A stretch of DNA of 64,000 nucleotides from Bacteroidales bacterium UBA5762 (GTDB lineage Bacteria > Bacteroidota > Bacteroidia > Bacteroidales > TTA-H9): positions 2,170 through 66,169 of the forward strand of contig DIEY01000100.1 in NCBI GenBank assembly GCA_002418865.1. Direction: 5' to 3'. The notes beneath the pieces were generated by a model, which saw only the letters and a list, made by a program, of their open reading frames with translations, did no database searches and had not been told where the DNA came from. Shown in pieces: positions 56,192 to 64,000 of the stretch. A program made the translations under genes and the position numbers. Numbering within the stretch: the first letter of the stretch is position 1; each line of letters starts with the position of its first letter.

Positions 56192-57342
56192 TGAATCCCA
56201 AGCACTTAGCCATACTTGGTTCAACCGGAAGCATTGGACGCCAATGCCTCGCTGTAGTTCGGGAGCACCCCGAAAATTTCGTGGTAGACATACTAGGTGC
56301 TCGAAGTTTCTCAGAAAATCTGGTTTCGCAAGTGAAAGAATTCAAACCCAAAGTAGTCGCAATTTCACAAGCGGCCGATTATGAAGCACTTCGATCTCAT
56401 TTCAACCGAGATCACATTGAAGTAGTTGCCAAAGAAAATGCATTGGCTGAGGTAGTTTCATTACAAGAAATTGACATGGTTGTTTCAGCTATAGTAGGAT
56501 TTGCAGGCCTAAATTCGGCAGTAGCTGCTATAGAAGCAAAAAAACACCTTGCTTTAGCCAATAAAGAAACCCTTGTTGTGGCGGGCGAATGGGTAATGAA
56601 CCGCATCAAATCACTTCAAGTAGATCTGCTTCCTATAGATTCGGAACATTCTGCCATTTTTCAGTGTCTGGAGGGTGAAAAATTAAACGAGGTTGAAAAA
56701 ATTATACTTACAGGTTCAGGTGGGCCCTTCAGAGGAATGAGCAAAGAAACTCTGCAAAATGTTAAAGTCGAAGATGCTTTAAGGCATCCTACATGGAATA
56801 TGGGCCCAAAAATCTCAATCGATTCGGCTACCTTAATGAATAAAGGGCTCGAAGTCATTGAAGCTAAATGGTTGTTCAATTTAAATCTCCATCAAATCGA
56901 AGTAGTTATTCATCCCCAAAGTGTGATTCACTCGATGGTGCAGTTTGTTGATGGTTCTATAAAAGCCCAGATGGGGGTGCCCGATATGCGTTTACCTATC
57001 CAATATGCTCTTTCCTATCCCGAAAGATTGCCTTCTTCTTTTCCTCGTTTCGATTTTTTTAATAATTCCTCTCTTACTTTCGAGATGCCTAATACCCAAG
57101 TCTTCAGGAATCTTTCACTCGCTTATGAGGCATTGTATAAAGGTGGAAATATGCCATGTATATTGAATGCAGCCAATGAAATAGCCGTAGAAGCTTTCCT
57201 TCATCACCGTATCCCTTTCCTTCAAATACCCATCATTATCGAACACTGCATGAATAAGGTGGATTTTATTTCATCACCCGACCTTTCTCAACTTTTTGAA
57301 ACAGACAAAATAACTCGAGAAACCGCTCTAGACTTTCTATAA
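56191..57342 (+). CDS. dxr: 1-deoxy-D-xylulose-5-phosphate reductoisomerase
   Basis: ILGSTGSIGRQ, LANKE, DSEHSAIFQC and NKGLEVIEA. The start overlaps the previous stop (TAATG). Confidence 0.95.
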   Translation: MNPKHLAILGSTGSIGRQCLAVVREHPENFVVDILGARSFSENLVSQVKEFKPKVVAISQAADYEALRSHFNRDHIEVVAKENALAEVVSLQEIDMVVSAIVGFAGLNSAVAAIEAKKHLALANKETLVVAGEWVMNRIKSLQVDLLPIDSEHSAIFQCLEGEKLNEVEKIILTGSGGPFRGMSKETLQNVKVEDALRHPTWNMGPKISIDSATLMNKGLEVIEAKWLFNLNLHQIEVVIHPQSVIHSMVQFVDGSIKAQMGVPDMRLPIQYALSYPERLPSSFPRFDFFNNSSLTFEMPNTQVFRNLSLAYEALYKGGNMPCILNAANEIAVEAFLHHRIPFLQIPIIIEHCMNKVDFISSPDLSQLFETDKITRETALDFL

Positions 57343-57406
57343 ACCATCACGGCCTAATGTTTGTTAATCCAATGATAGAAATTAAAAATAAACATCTACT
57401 AATTTT

Positions 57407-58720
57407 ATGAATATACTTATTATGGTAGGCCAGCTCATCTTAGGCCTAAGTATTTTAGTAATCCTTCATGAGCTGGGTCATTTTCTTGCCGCTCGTGCTT
57501 TCAAAATCAGAGTAGAAAAATTCTATTTATTTTTCGATGCTGGCAATTTCAAACTTTTTAGTTTTAAAAAAGGAGAAACCGAGTATGGCATTGGTTGGCT
57601 CCCATTGGGAGGTTATGTAAAAATTGCTGGTATGATTGATGAATCAATGGATAAGGAACAATTGAAATTACCTCCTCAGCCCTGGGAATTTCGTTCCAGA
57701 CCAGCCTGGCAACGTCTCATAGTAATGGTAGCAGGCGTTTTTGTCAATCTTATTTTAGGAATACTTATCTTCGGGTTCACCCTTCTACAATACGAAAAGT
57801 CGTATCTACCACTAAGTGAGGTCAATAAAGACGGCATTTATGCCTCATCTAAAGGAAAAGAAATAGGTTTTGAGACGGGTGATAAAATCATCAGCATCAA
57901 TGGAAAACCGATAGAACGCTTTAAAGATGCTCAGTCGGTGGATGTGCTCTTTGGAAGCACTTTCGAAGTAGAACGAAACGGTAAAATTGTCAGTGTAGAA
58001 ATTCCAGAGGATTTTTACCGTAGTGAAGGCAGCAGCCGAGGAGTAAGATTTATCGAACCTCTGAATTTTCCTTTTCGAATCGATAGCGTTTTCCCCGGAT
58101 TACCAGCTGCAAATGCAGGTTTGGCCAAATCGGACAAAATGCTAAAAATAGACTCTATAGAAATTAAATCCTACGGACAGTTCAAAGAGTTGATCAGTAC
58201 TTCTGCAGGTCGTGAGCTCACTATTCAAGTCTTAAGAGGAAACGACACCCTTCAAAAGCAACTTACAGTCGATTCATCGGGCATTATTGGTATTTTAGCT
58301 TCTATACCTTATACACAAACTCCTTATGATTTCGGTAAAGCACTTTCATACGGATATAAAGATGCCATGGATATGCTCTCGGCCAATATCAAAGGTCTTG
58401 GAAAAATCATTAGCGGTGAAGAAAAAGCCAGTGAAAGCTTACAAGGACCTATTGGAATAGCCCAAATCTATGGCTCTCAATGGATTTGGGCAAAATTCTG
58501 GTACATTACAGGACTGTTATCCCTTATCCTTGCTTTTATGAATATTCTTCCTATCCCTGCTCTTGATGGCGGACATGTACTTTTCTTGCTCATAGAAATA
58601 GTAACACGTCGCAAACCCAGCGATAAAGTCCTCGAATATGCTCAGATGGCAGGTATGATCATCCTTTTAGGGATTATGGTATTTGCTATAGGCAACGACA
58701 TTATGAGAATATTTAGATAA
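57407..58720 (+). CDS. rseP: RIP site-2 zinc metalloprotease (M50)
   Basis: HELGHFLAAR, PDZ region and C-terminal LNILPIPALDGGH. Confidence 0.9.
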   Translation: MNILIMVGQLILGLSILVILHELGHFLAARAFKIRVEKFYLFFDAGNFKLFSFKKGETEYGIGWLPLGGYVKIAGMIDESMDKEQLKLPPQPWEFRSRPAWQRLIVMVAGVFVNLILGILIFGFTLLQYEKSYLPLSEVNKDGIYASSKGKEIGFETGDKIISINGKPIERFKDAQSVDVLFGSTFEVERNGKIVSVEIPEDFYRSEGSSRGVRFIEPLNFPFRIDSVFPGLPAANAGLAKSDKMLKIDSIEIKSYGQFKELISTSAGRELTIQVLRGNDTLQKQLTVDSSGIIGILASIPYTQTPYDFGKALSYGYKDAMDMLSANIKGLGKIISGEEKASESLQGPIGIAQIYGSQWIWAKFWYITGLLSLILAFMNILPIPALDGGHVLFLLIEIVTRRKPSDKVLEYAQMAGMIILLGIMVFAIGNDIMRIFR

Positions 58721-58792
58721 TACCTAGTTCATTGGTTGGCATTTCTGAAGGTTAGACTGCAAAATTTCTAAATACTACAATAGACAAAACAG

Positions 58793-59608
58793 ATGAATTC
58801 ATATTCAAATTTCGAAGAAAAAAACAAAGAAGAACTCGAAAAGATAAAAACCATAGCTGGCGAGAAAGAAAAAGATAAAAACCTTTTAAAACAACTTTAT
58901 TCTTTTATCGATCTGACTTCTCTAAGTGGAAAGGACAATTCACAAAGCATAGAATCCTTATGCAATATGGCACTTCAAATACCTCATAAAGTAGCCGCTG
59001 TTTGTGTTTATCCCGTATTTACCCGACAAGTTAAATCCTTACTCAGAAATTCAGGTATTCGGACAGCTGCCGTAGCAGGTGCCTTTCCTTCAGCACAAAG
59101 CCCTTTTACTATTCGAATGGCCGAAGTGGAATGGACTCTTAAAGAAGGCGCCGACGAAATAGACATTGTAATCAATCGTGGCAAATTTTTAGAAGGGAGA
59201 ACTACGGAAGTATTTGATGAGATAAAAACTATAGTCGACTTATCAAAAGATGTCCCCGTAAAAGTTATCCTCGAGACGGGGGAACTCGAAAGCACGGAAA
59301 ACATAAGAAAAGCCAGCCAACTGGCTATGGAAGCAGGAGCGTCTTTTTTAAAAACAAGCTCAGGAAAAATTACTCCTGCAGCAACACCCGAAGTGGCCTT
59401 TGTAATGTGCAATAGTATTCTCGAATTTTATCAATCTACAGGTAAAAAAATTGGCTTTAAAGCCGCAGGGGGAATTCATACTGCCAGTCAGGCAGTTTTA
59501 TATTATACCATCATAGAACAGATTCTTGGTTCTGAATGGTTAAGCCCTCAATTATTCAGAATTGGCGCAAGCCAGCTTGTCCAAACACTTCTGCAATCCA
59601 ACGTATAG
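58793..59608 (+). CDS. deoC: deoxyribose-phosphate aldolase (long form)
   Basis: DLTSL, Schiff-base region FLKTSSGK and GFKAAGGI. Confidence 0.8.
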   Translation: MNSYSNFEEKNKEELEKIKTIAGEKEKDKNLLKQLYSFIDLTSLSGKDNSQSIESLCNMALQIPHKVAAVCVYPVFTRQVKSLLRNSGIRTAAVAGAFPSAQSPFTIRMAEVEWTLKEGADEIDIVINRGKFLEGRTTEVFDEIKTIVDLSKDVPVKVILETGELESTENIRKASQLAMEAGASFLKTSSGKITPAATPEVAFVMCNSILEFYQSTGKKIGFKAAGGIHTASQAVLYYTIIEQILGSEWLSPQLFRIGASQLVQTLLQSNV

Positions 59609-59616
59609 AAACACTT

Positions 59617-60159
59617 ATGGAAAGGGAGAGAAATTCGGCAGCAAGTACTCTAAATCATTCAACTTCTTCAATCTTTCCAATCCTATTGGTTGATTTTGTT
59701 GCCATAGCCTTTGTTTATTTCATGCCCCATTTGGTCAAAATAACAGGCATTCCTCTCTACCTAATCGATCCTATGCGTCTGTGGGTTCTTACGGCTCTTA
59801 TTTTTACTAATAAACTCAATACTCTCGTTTTAGTATTAGTCTTGCCACTTCTTTCACATTTGGTCGGTGGACATCCACACATTGTAAAATCCATACTCTT
59901 ATCAATCGAATTGCTACTCAATGTTTCATTTCTGTATTATCTTGAAAAACATTGGACGGTGTTTTGGAGTGCATTTGTAAGCATCATCATTAGCAAATCC
60001 ATTTACTATATCTTAAAATTTATGAGTCTGAATTTTGGATGGATACAAGGAGACCTCCTTTCCACTCCTTTGTGGATTCAAGCTGTCATGACCATTGTAA
60101 TGAGTTTTTATGTTACTTCGTTTTATCGATTTTATCCGAAAAAAATAAAAAATAAATAA
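59617..60159 (+). CDS. polytopic membrane protein, unknown function
   Basis: The ATG at 59617 lies 9 nt after the deoC stop. About 5 hydrophobic helices. The longer ORF from 59536 overlaps deoC and is rejected. Confidence 0.55.
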   Translation: MERERNSAASTLNHSTSSIFPILLVDFVAIAFVYFMPHLVKITGIPLYLIDPMRLWVLTALIFTNKLNTLVLVLVLPLLSHLVGGHPHIVKSILLSIELLLNVSFLYYLEKHWTVFWSAFVSIIISKSIYYILKFMSLNFGWIQGDLLSTPLWIQAVMTIVMSFYVTSFYRFYPKKIKNK

Positions 60160-60161
60160 CC

Positions 60162-60605
60162 ATGAAAAGCATCTTTGTGCGAAGACATTTCCTCAATCAA
60201 AAGATGGAATTTCTTTGGCTTATAACCTTTAGTCTGACATTAGGTTTTCAGGCCTGCGAGGATATCGAAACCCTACCCAATGGAGAAGACGTGCGCACTC
60301 CTTGGTTAGGTGAATGGTTATGCACAGAATCTCCATATAAGGCAAGCGAAAATGCGTATATTGTAAACATCACAATCGATCCCGACAATTCGGCACAAGT
60401 AAAGTTGTATAATTATTTCCAGTTAGGAGAAGACGTTGCTCCGTATGCTGTGGTCACCTCATCCACTATCACTGTTCCTCAGCAGCAAGTTTCAGGAGGA
60501 AGCTGGACAGTTTCGGGTTTTGGAAAAATGTCAAAGGATGAGATAGTGTGGAGTAGTTATAGAGCCAATGAGTTAAGTTTCAAGGCTACCTTTCGTCGGC
60601 CTTAG
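60162..60605 (+). CDS. small putative lipoprotein, unknown function
   Basis: Signal/lipobox-like LTLGFQAC. The start is 2 nt after the previous stop, with an alternative ATG at 60204. Confidence 0.55.
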   Translation: MKSIFVRRHFLNQKMEFLWLITFSLTLGFQACEDIETLPNGEDVRTPWLGEWLCTESPYKASENAYIVNITIDPDNSAQVKLYNYFQLGEDVAPYAVVTSSTITVPQQQVSGGSWTVSGFGKMSKDEIVWSSYRANELSFKATFRRP

Positions 60606-60967
60606 TTATGTTTTATAGCGGTTTTATTTTGTTCCTTCATTAGCTCAAGTTGCTGAATTACCTGATCATAGATTTTGTCAAGTTCCTCTGCATGAGCTGC
60701 ATACCATTTCATACTCGTATCAAACTGAGCTCGAGTAATCTGATGTTTTTTAAAGAGTGAATCCTGTAAATGTGTGGCAAGCTGTTTAATATCCTTACTT
60801 TCGCTTTTTTGAATCGCAATATAAGCATCAGCCAACTGCAAATCCGTCAGTATTTGGGTCATCTTTGAGGGTTCGATGAGATTAGCCGGTTTTTCCTCCT
60901 TAGGCCGAATACAAGCACTTAATCCTATGAAGGTTATCAGCAAAAAAAACCACTTATAAATTTGCAT
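60602..60967 (-). CDS. DUF4296-like lipoprotein
   Basis: Signal FFLLITFIGLSAC, then LIEPSKMTQILTDLQLADAYI, typical of DUF4296. Confidence 0.65.
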   Translation of the reverse strand: MQIYKWFFLLITFIGLSACIRPKEEKPANLIEPSKMTQILTDLQLADAYIAIQKSESKDIKQLATHLQDSLFKKHQITRAQFDTSMKWYAAHAEELDKIYDQVIQQLELMKEQNKTAIKHN

Positions 60968-60974
60968 GTAATGT

Positions 60975-61604
60975 TTATTTCTTACCCGAAGGTGGGGTAG
61001 TTTTGCTTTTCATGGTCTGATATTCCTTGTTTAATTCTTTAATGACTTCCGGGGTAATATCGAAAGTATCGTTAGTATAAAAAATATTTCCATTTTTATT
61101 ATAACCAAGGATATAATCGTAGCCAAGATTTTTATTATAGCGTTTTAACAGATTGGAAACGGAGTCGAAAAGAATGAAGTTGATTTGAGCCTCCTCACTG
61201 GCCAACTCCATATCGTAGCGATCTTTAAGGTCGAGGATACTTTGCTGTTTTTGCATGAGTTCCTGATAAATTTCCTGAGCACTTTTTTCGGATAATGCAT
61301 TGTTACGAACACTTTCTTGAAAATAAGCAGCTTCGTTTTCGAATTCGGCTTGTCTTCTTTGAAGGTCTTCACCATACTTTCGCGATTTCTGAGCCAGTTC
61401 ATCGGCTCTTTCCTTAACGAAATCATAATGATGTAGGATAGAATCGGTGCGAAAAAAAGCGATGCGATGCGCTTCGGATTCGAAAGCCTTTGGAACGCCT
61501 TTCTTACCATTGGAAGGCTCCATAAAATAAAGAACAAAAAGAATGACAACACCTACAAGTGAAATAACACTGAGGATAAGGCTTAGATTGGATTTATTTT
61601 TCAT
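60975..61604 (-). CDS. OmpH/Skp family periplasmic chaperone
   Basis: N-terminal TM/signal helix, then a coiled-coil-rich core (ELAQKSRKYGEDLQRRQAEFENEA...QELMQKQQSILD). Confidence 0.75.
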   Translation of the reverse strand: MKNKSNLSLILSVISLVGVVILFVLYFMEPSNGKKGVPKAFESEAHRIAFFRTDSILHHYDFVKERADELAQKSRKYGEDLQRRQAEFENEAAYFQESVRNNALSEKSAQEIYQELMQKQQSILDLKDRYDMELASEEAQINFILFDSVSNLLKRYNKNLGYDYILGYNKNGNIFYTNDTFDITPEVIKELNKEYQTMKSKTTPPSGKK

Positions 61605-61635
61605 GATGAAAGGAAAAAATTAAGGTTTTGAAGAG

Positions 61636-61643
61636 CAAATGTA
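61636..61643 (-). promoter_or_regulatory. possible -7 box (TACATTTG) for the ompH-like gene
   Basis: The + strand CAAATGTA equals TAnnTTTG on the - strand, 32 nt upstream of the ATG at 61604. Confidence 0.35.
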
Positions 61644-61805
61644 TAAAAAACGTATGCATTTGTGAGTCGAAAAGATAGAAGCAGGTATAAAAACGCACTT
61701 TAAAGAGGGTAATGATTTGAATACAACCATTGGCACACAATTTTCAATGGCTCTGCTCTCCCCATTAAGATAGCAAAGCCATTTTGAACTTAACTCAAGC
61801 TGATT

Positions 61806-64000
61806 TTAATTACCCATTTCCGAAATAAATTTGATACGCATAAGCCGAATTTCTTCTTCGGAAAATTCTTCTTCTCCGAGCTCTTCCCTTGCCTTTTCAA
61901 CAGAATCAGTTTCGGCTGTTCTAAAATACTCATAAACCTCTTCTTGATGGTATTCATCAATATATTCATCGATGTAGTAACTAATATCAATCTTGGTTCC
62001 CGAAGCTACAATGTGTTCTATTTCGGTAAGAAGCTCGTCGAACGAAAGATTTTTGGCCAATGCAATATCTTCTAATGGTACTTTACGATCTATACTTTGA
62101 ATGATGTAGATCTTGAGCCCTGATTTATTGATCACTGATTTAATAACCATGTCGTTGGGGCGGATAATTTCGTTTTCCTCAACATAGTTTTTAATCAAGT
62201 CAATAAAAGGTTTTCCAAATTTTAAGGCTTTGCCGGCACCAACTCCAGTAATTTGCTTTAGTTCGTCAATAGTAATAGGATATTGTATAGCCATTTCTTC
62301 GAGGCTTGGGTCTTGAAAAATAACAAAAGGCGGTAAATTTTCCTTTCGTGAGATTTCTTTACGTAAATCTTTCAAAAGCGCAAAGAGGGTGGCATCGGCT
62401 GTTCCTGGTTTTGCACCTGTGTTTTGATCGATCAGTTCGTCGTCTTCGTTATTGTCGAATTCACGGTCCTGTGTGAGCATAATTGTTTTCGGTTTTTTTA
62501 AAAACTTTCTCCCTTCATTAGTGATTTTAAGAATACCATAATTCTCAATTTCTTTTTCGATGAGATTTTCCACTAACATTTGTCTTATAACGCTATGCCA
62601 GTAGGGTTCGTCATATTCTTCACCTTTAGCAAAAACCTCAAGTTTATGGTGTTTAGCCGCTTTGACATTTGCAGTTAATTTTCCTGTTATTACGTGTACC
62701 AGATGTTTCGATTTGCATTGTTGTTTGGTTTGGGTTATGGCATCCAAAACGGTGAGAACAGCTTCTTTACCGTCATAACGTGTTTTGGGATGCAGACAGT
62801 TGTCGCAACTGCCACAGTTATCCTGGGTATATTGTTCACCAAAGTAATGTAATAAAACTTTTCGGCGACAAATAGTAGTTTCGGCATAGGCAACGGTTTC
62901 ACTCAGCAAGAGCTTGGTGATTTCCTGTTCGGCTACATGTTTGTTTTTTAAGAATTTTTCCAGTTTCAATATGTCATCATAACTGTAAAATACAATGCAA
63001 TTGCCTTCACCTCCATCGCGGCCTGCTCGACCAGTTTCCTGGTAATAACCCTCCAAACTCTTTGGAATGTCATGATGGATTACATAACGAATATCGGGTT
63101 TATCTATTCCCATACCGAATGCAATTGTTGCAACCACCACTTCGGCATCTTCCATCAAAAAACGATCTTGATTCTCTCGCCGAGTTTGAGGATCGAGGCC
63201 TGCATGGTAAGGCACAGCCCTTATACCGTTTACCTGAAGAGCTTCTGCTACTTCTTCAACTTTCTTCCGACTAAGACAATAAACTATGCCTGATTTACCT
63301 GGTTGACTCTTGATGTATTTAATAATGTCTTTAAGTACACTCTCAGTTTTTGGCCTTACTTCGTAATACAAGTTGGGACGATTGAAAGAAGTTTTAAACA
63401 GGGTTGCATTCATCAACGCCAGATTTTTTTGAATATCCTGTTGAACCTTTGGTGTGGCGGTTGCTGTTAATGCCATTACGGGTACTTCCTGTCCTATGGC
63501 TTCAATCATTGGCCTAATGCGCCTGTATTCAGGTCTGAAATCATGCCCCCATTCACTTATACAATGCGCCTCATCTATAGCATAAAACGATATCTTGATG
63601 GATTTGAAAAGTTCTACGTTGTCATCTTTGGTAAGCGATTCAGGCGCAACATATAAAAGCTTGGTCCTTCCTTCAGCTAAATCGTTTTTTACCTGGACCA
63701 GTTCCTGACGCGAAAGACTACTATTTAAATAGTGAGCCAAACCAAGCTCCATCCCAAAATTTCGTATGGCATCTACCTGATTCTTCATCAAAGCAATTAA
63801 GGGCGAAACAACAATGGCCGTTCCTTCCGATATAATCGCAGGAAGCTGATAACATAATGACTTCCCACTACCCGTCGGCATGATCACAAATGTATCCTTC
63901 CCAGCCATTAAATTCCGAATAATAGCCTCCTGTGAACCCTTGAAACTTTCAAATCCAAATACATCCTTTAAAACCTTATAGAGTTGATCTTTTACTGCAA
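61806..64000 (-). CDS. recQ: ATP-dependent DNA helicase RecQ; N-terminal end lies just outside the window
   Basis: The frame stays open to nt 64000 (…LKDVFGFESFKGSQEAIIRNLMAGKDTFVIMPTGSGKSLCYQLP). DEAH box (AIDEAHC), RQC zinc-binding cysteines (CGSCDNC) and a C-terminal HRDC-like region. Confidence 0.95.
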   Translation of the reverse strand, partial: AVKDQLYKVLKDVFGFESFKGSQEAIIRNLMAGKDTFVIMPTGSGKSLCYQLPAIISEGTAIVVSPLIALMKNQVDAIRNFGMELGLAHYLNSSLSRQELVQVKNDLAEGRTKLLYVAPESLTKDDNVELFKSIKISFYAIDEAHCISEWGHDFRPEYRRIRPMIEAIGQEVPVMALTATATPKVQQDIQKNLALMNATLFKTSFNRPNLYYEVRPKTESVLKDIIKYIKSQPGKSGIVYCLSRKKVEEVAEALQVNGIRAVPYHAGLDPQTRRENQDRFLMEDAEVVVATIAFGMGIDKPDIRYVIHHDIPKSLEGYYQETGRAGRDGGEGNCIVFYSYDDILKLEKFLKNKHVAEQEITKLLLSETVAYAETTICRRKVLLHYFGEQYTQDNCGSCDNCLHPKTRYDGKEAVLTVLDAITQTKQQCKSKHLVHVITGKLTANVKAAKHHKLEVFAKGEEYDEPYWHSVIRQMLVENLIEKEIENYGILKITNEGRKFLKKPKTIMLTQDREFDNNEDDELIDQNTGAKPGTADATLFALLKDLRKEISRKENLPPFVIFQDPSLEEMAIQYPITIDELKQITGVGAGKALKFGKPFIDLIKNYVEENEIIRPNDMVIKSVINKSGLKIYIIQSIDRKVPLEDIALAKNLSFDELLTEIEHIVASGTKIDISYYIDEYIDEYHQEEVYEYFRTAETDSVEKAREELGEEEFSEEEIRLMRIKFISEMGN

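Noticed and set aside
61145-61552. 135-aa alternative-frame ORF inside the OmpH gene, and similar embedded or antisense ORFs (e.g. 5255-5677, 38151-38534, 59008-59412, 35412-35717)
   Set aside because: All lie entirely within strongly supported genes and show no motifs. They are typical shadow ORFs.
1-64000. Mobile elements, prophage, CRISPR, rRNA/tRNA, defence islands
   Set aside because: There are no integrase, transposase, recombinase or Cas-like ORFs and no repeat-spacer periodicity. I saw no composition break by eye. The window looks like core chromosome.

Overview
This window looks like an ordinary chromosomal segment of an AT-rich Bacteroidota genome, probably a Bacteroidia-type anaerobe. 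The pointers are a SusC/SusD pair, pyruvate:ferredoxin oxidoreductase, a MurF-Alr fusion, a PorW/SprE-like T9SS lipoprotein and TAnnTTTG-type promoter boxes. I found no rRNA or tRNA genes, CRISPR arrays, transposases, integrases or phage genes. All family names come from motifs read by eye in the supplied translations; no search was run.

Layout:
- (1) 3-3172: 3' end of an Fe-alcohol dehydrogenase gene, an M28/PA peptidase and a secreted hypothetical protein.
- (2) 3381-15343: a convergent beta-glucan polysaccharide-utilisation locus (PUL). It holds GH30 and GH3-PA14 on the + strand, and a tandem-PKD lipoprotein, SusC, SusD and a second GH30 on the - strand. Strong hairpins flank susCD, and no regulator gene is adjacent.
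- (3) 15863-37451: housekeeping and miscellaneous genes. These are nifJ/PFOR, a DHOD-like flavoprotein lacking the catalytic Cys/Ser, mutS2, a patatin-like lipase, a TlpA-like oxidoreductase, a coiled-coil membrane protein, YdcF, a 1284-aa cytoplasmic multi-PAS/GAF hybrid kinase, DUF456, a LolE-like permease, a MORN/YwqK protein and gdhA.
- (4) 37657-49922: a 12.3-kb tightly packed co-directional string, pepA-pdxA-murF::alr followed by four envelope genes. This is the most interesting part. The four genes are a GT2::polytopic (GT-C-like) fusion, an MBOAT acyltransferase, a membrane-anchored SGNH/DltD-like partner and a second paralogous GT-C-like protein. The last two carry the same C-terminal beta-sandwich-like domain. 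I propose this as a candidate uncharacterised periplasmic glycan glycosylation/O-acylation module.
- (5) 50085-54993: folE, a eukaryote-type PTPS, an overlapping triad (small membrane protein, AtpZ/AtpI-like protein, bactofilin) and a PorW/SprE-like TPR lipoprotein.
- (6) 55310-64000: M23 peptidase, dxr, rseP, deoC, two unknown envelope proteins, DUF4296, OmpH/Skp and recQ, which runs off the window.
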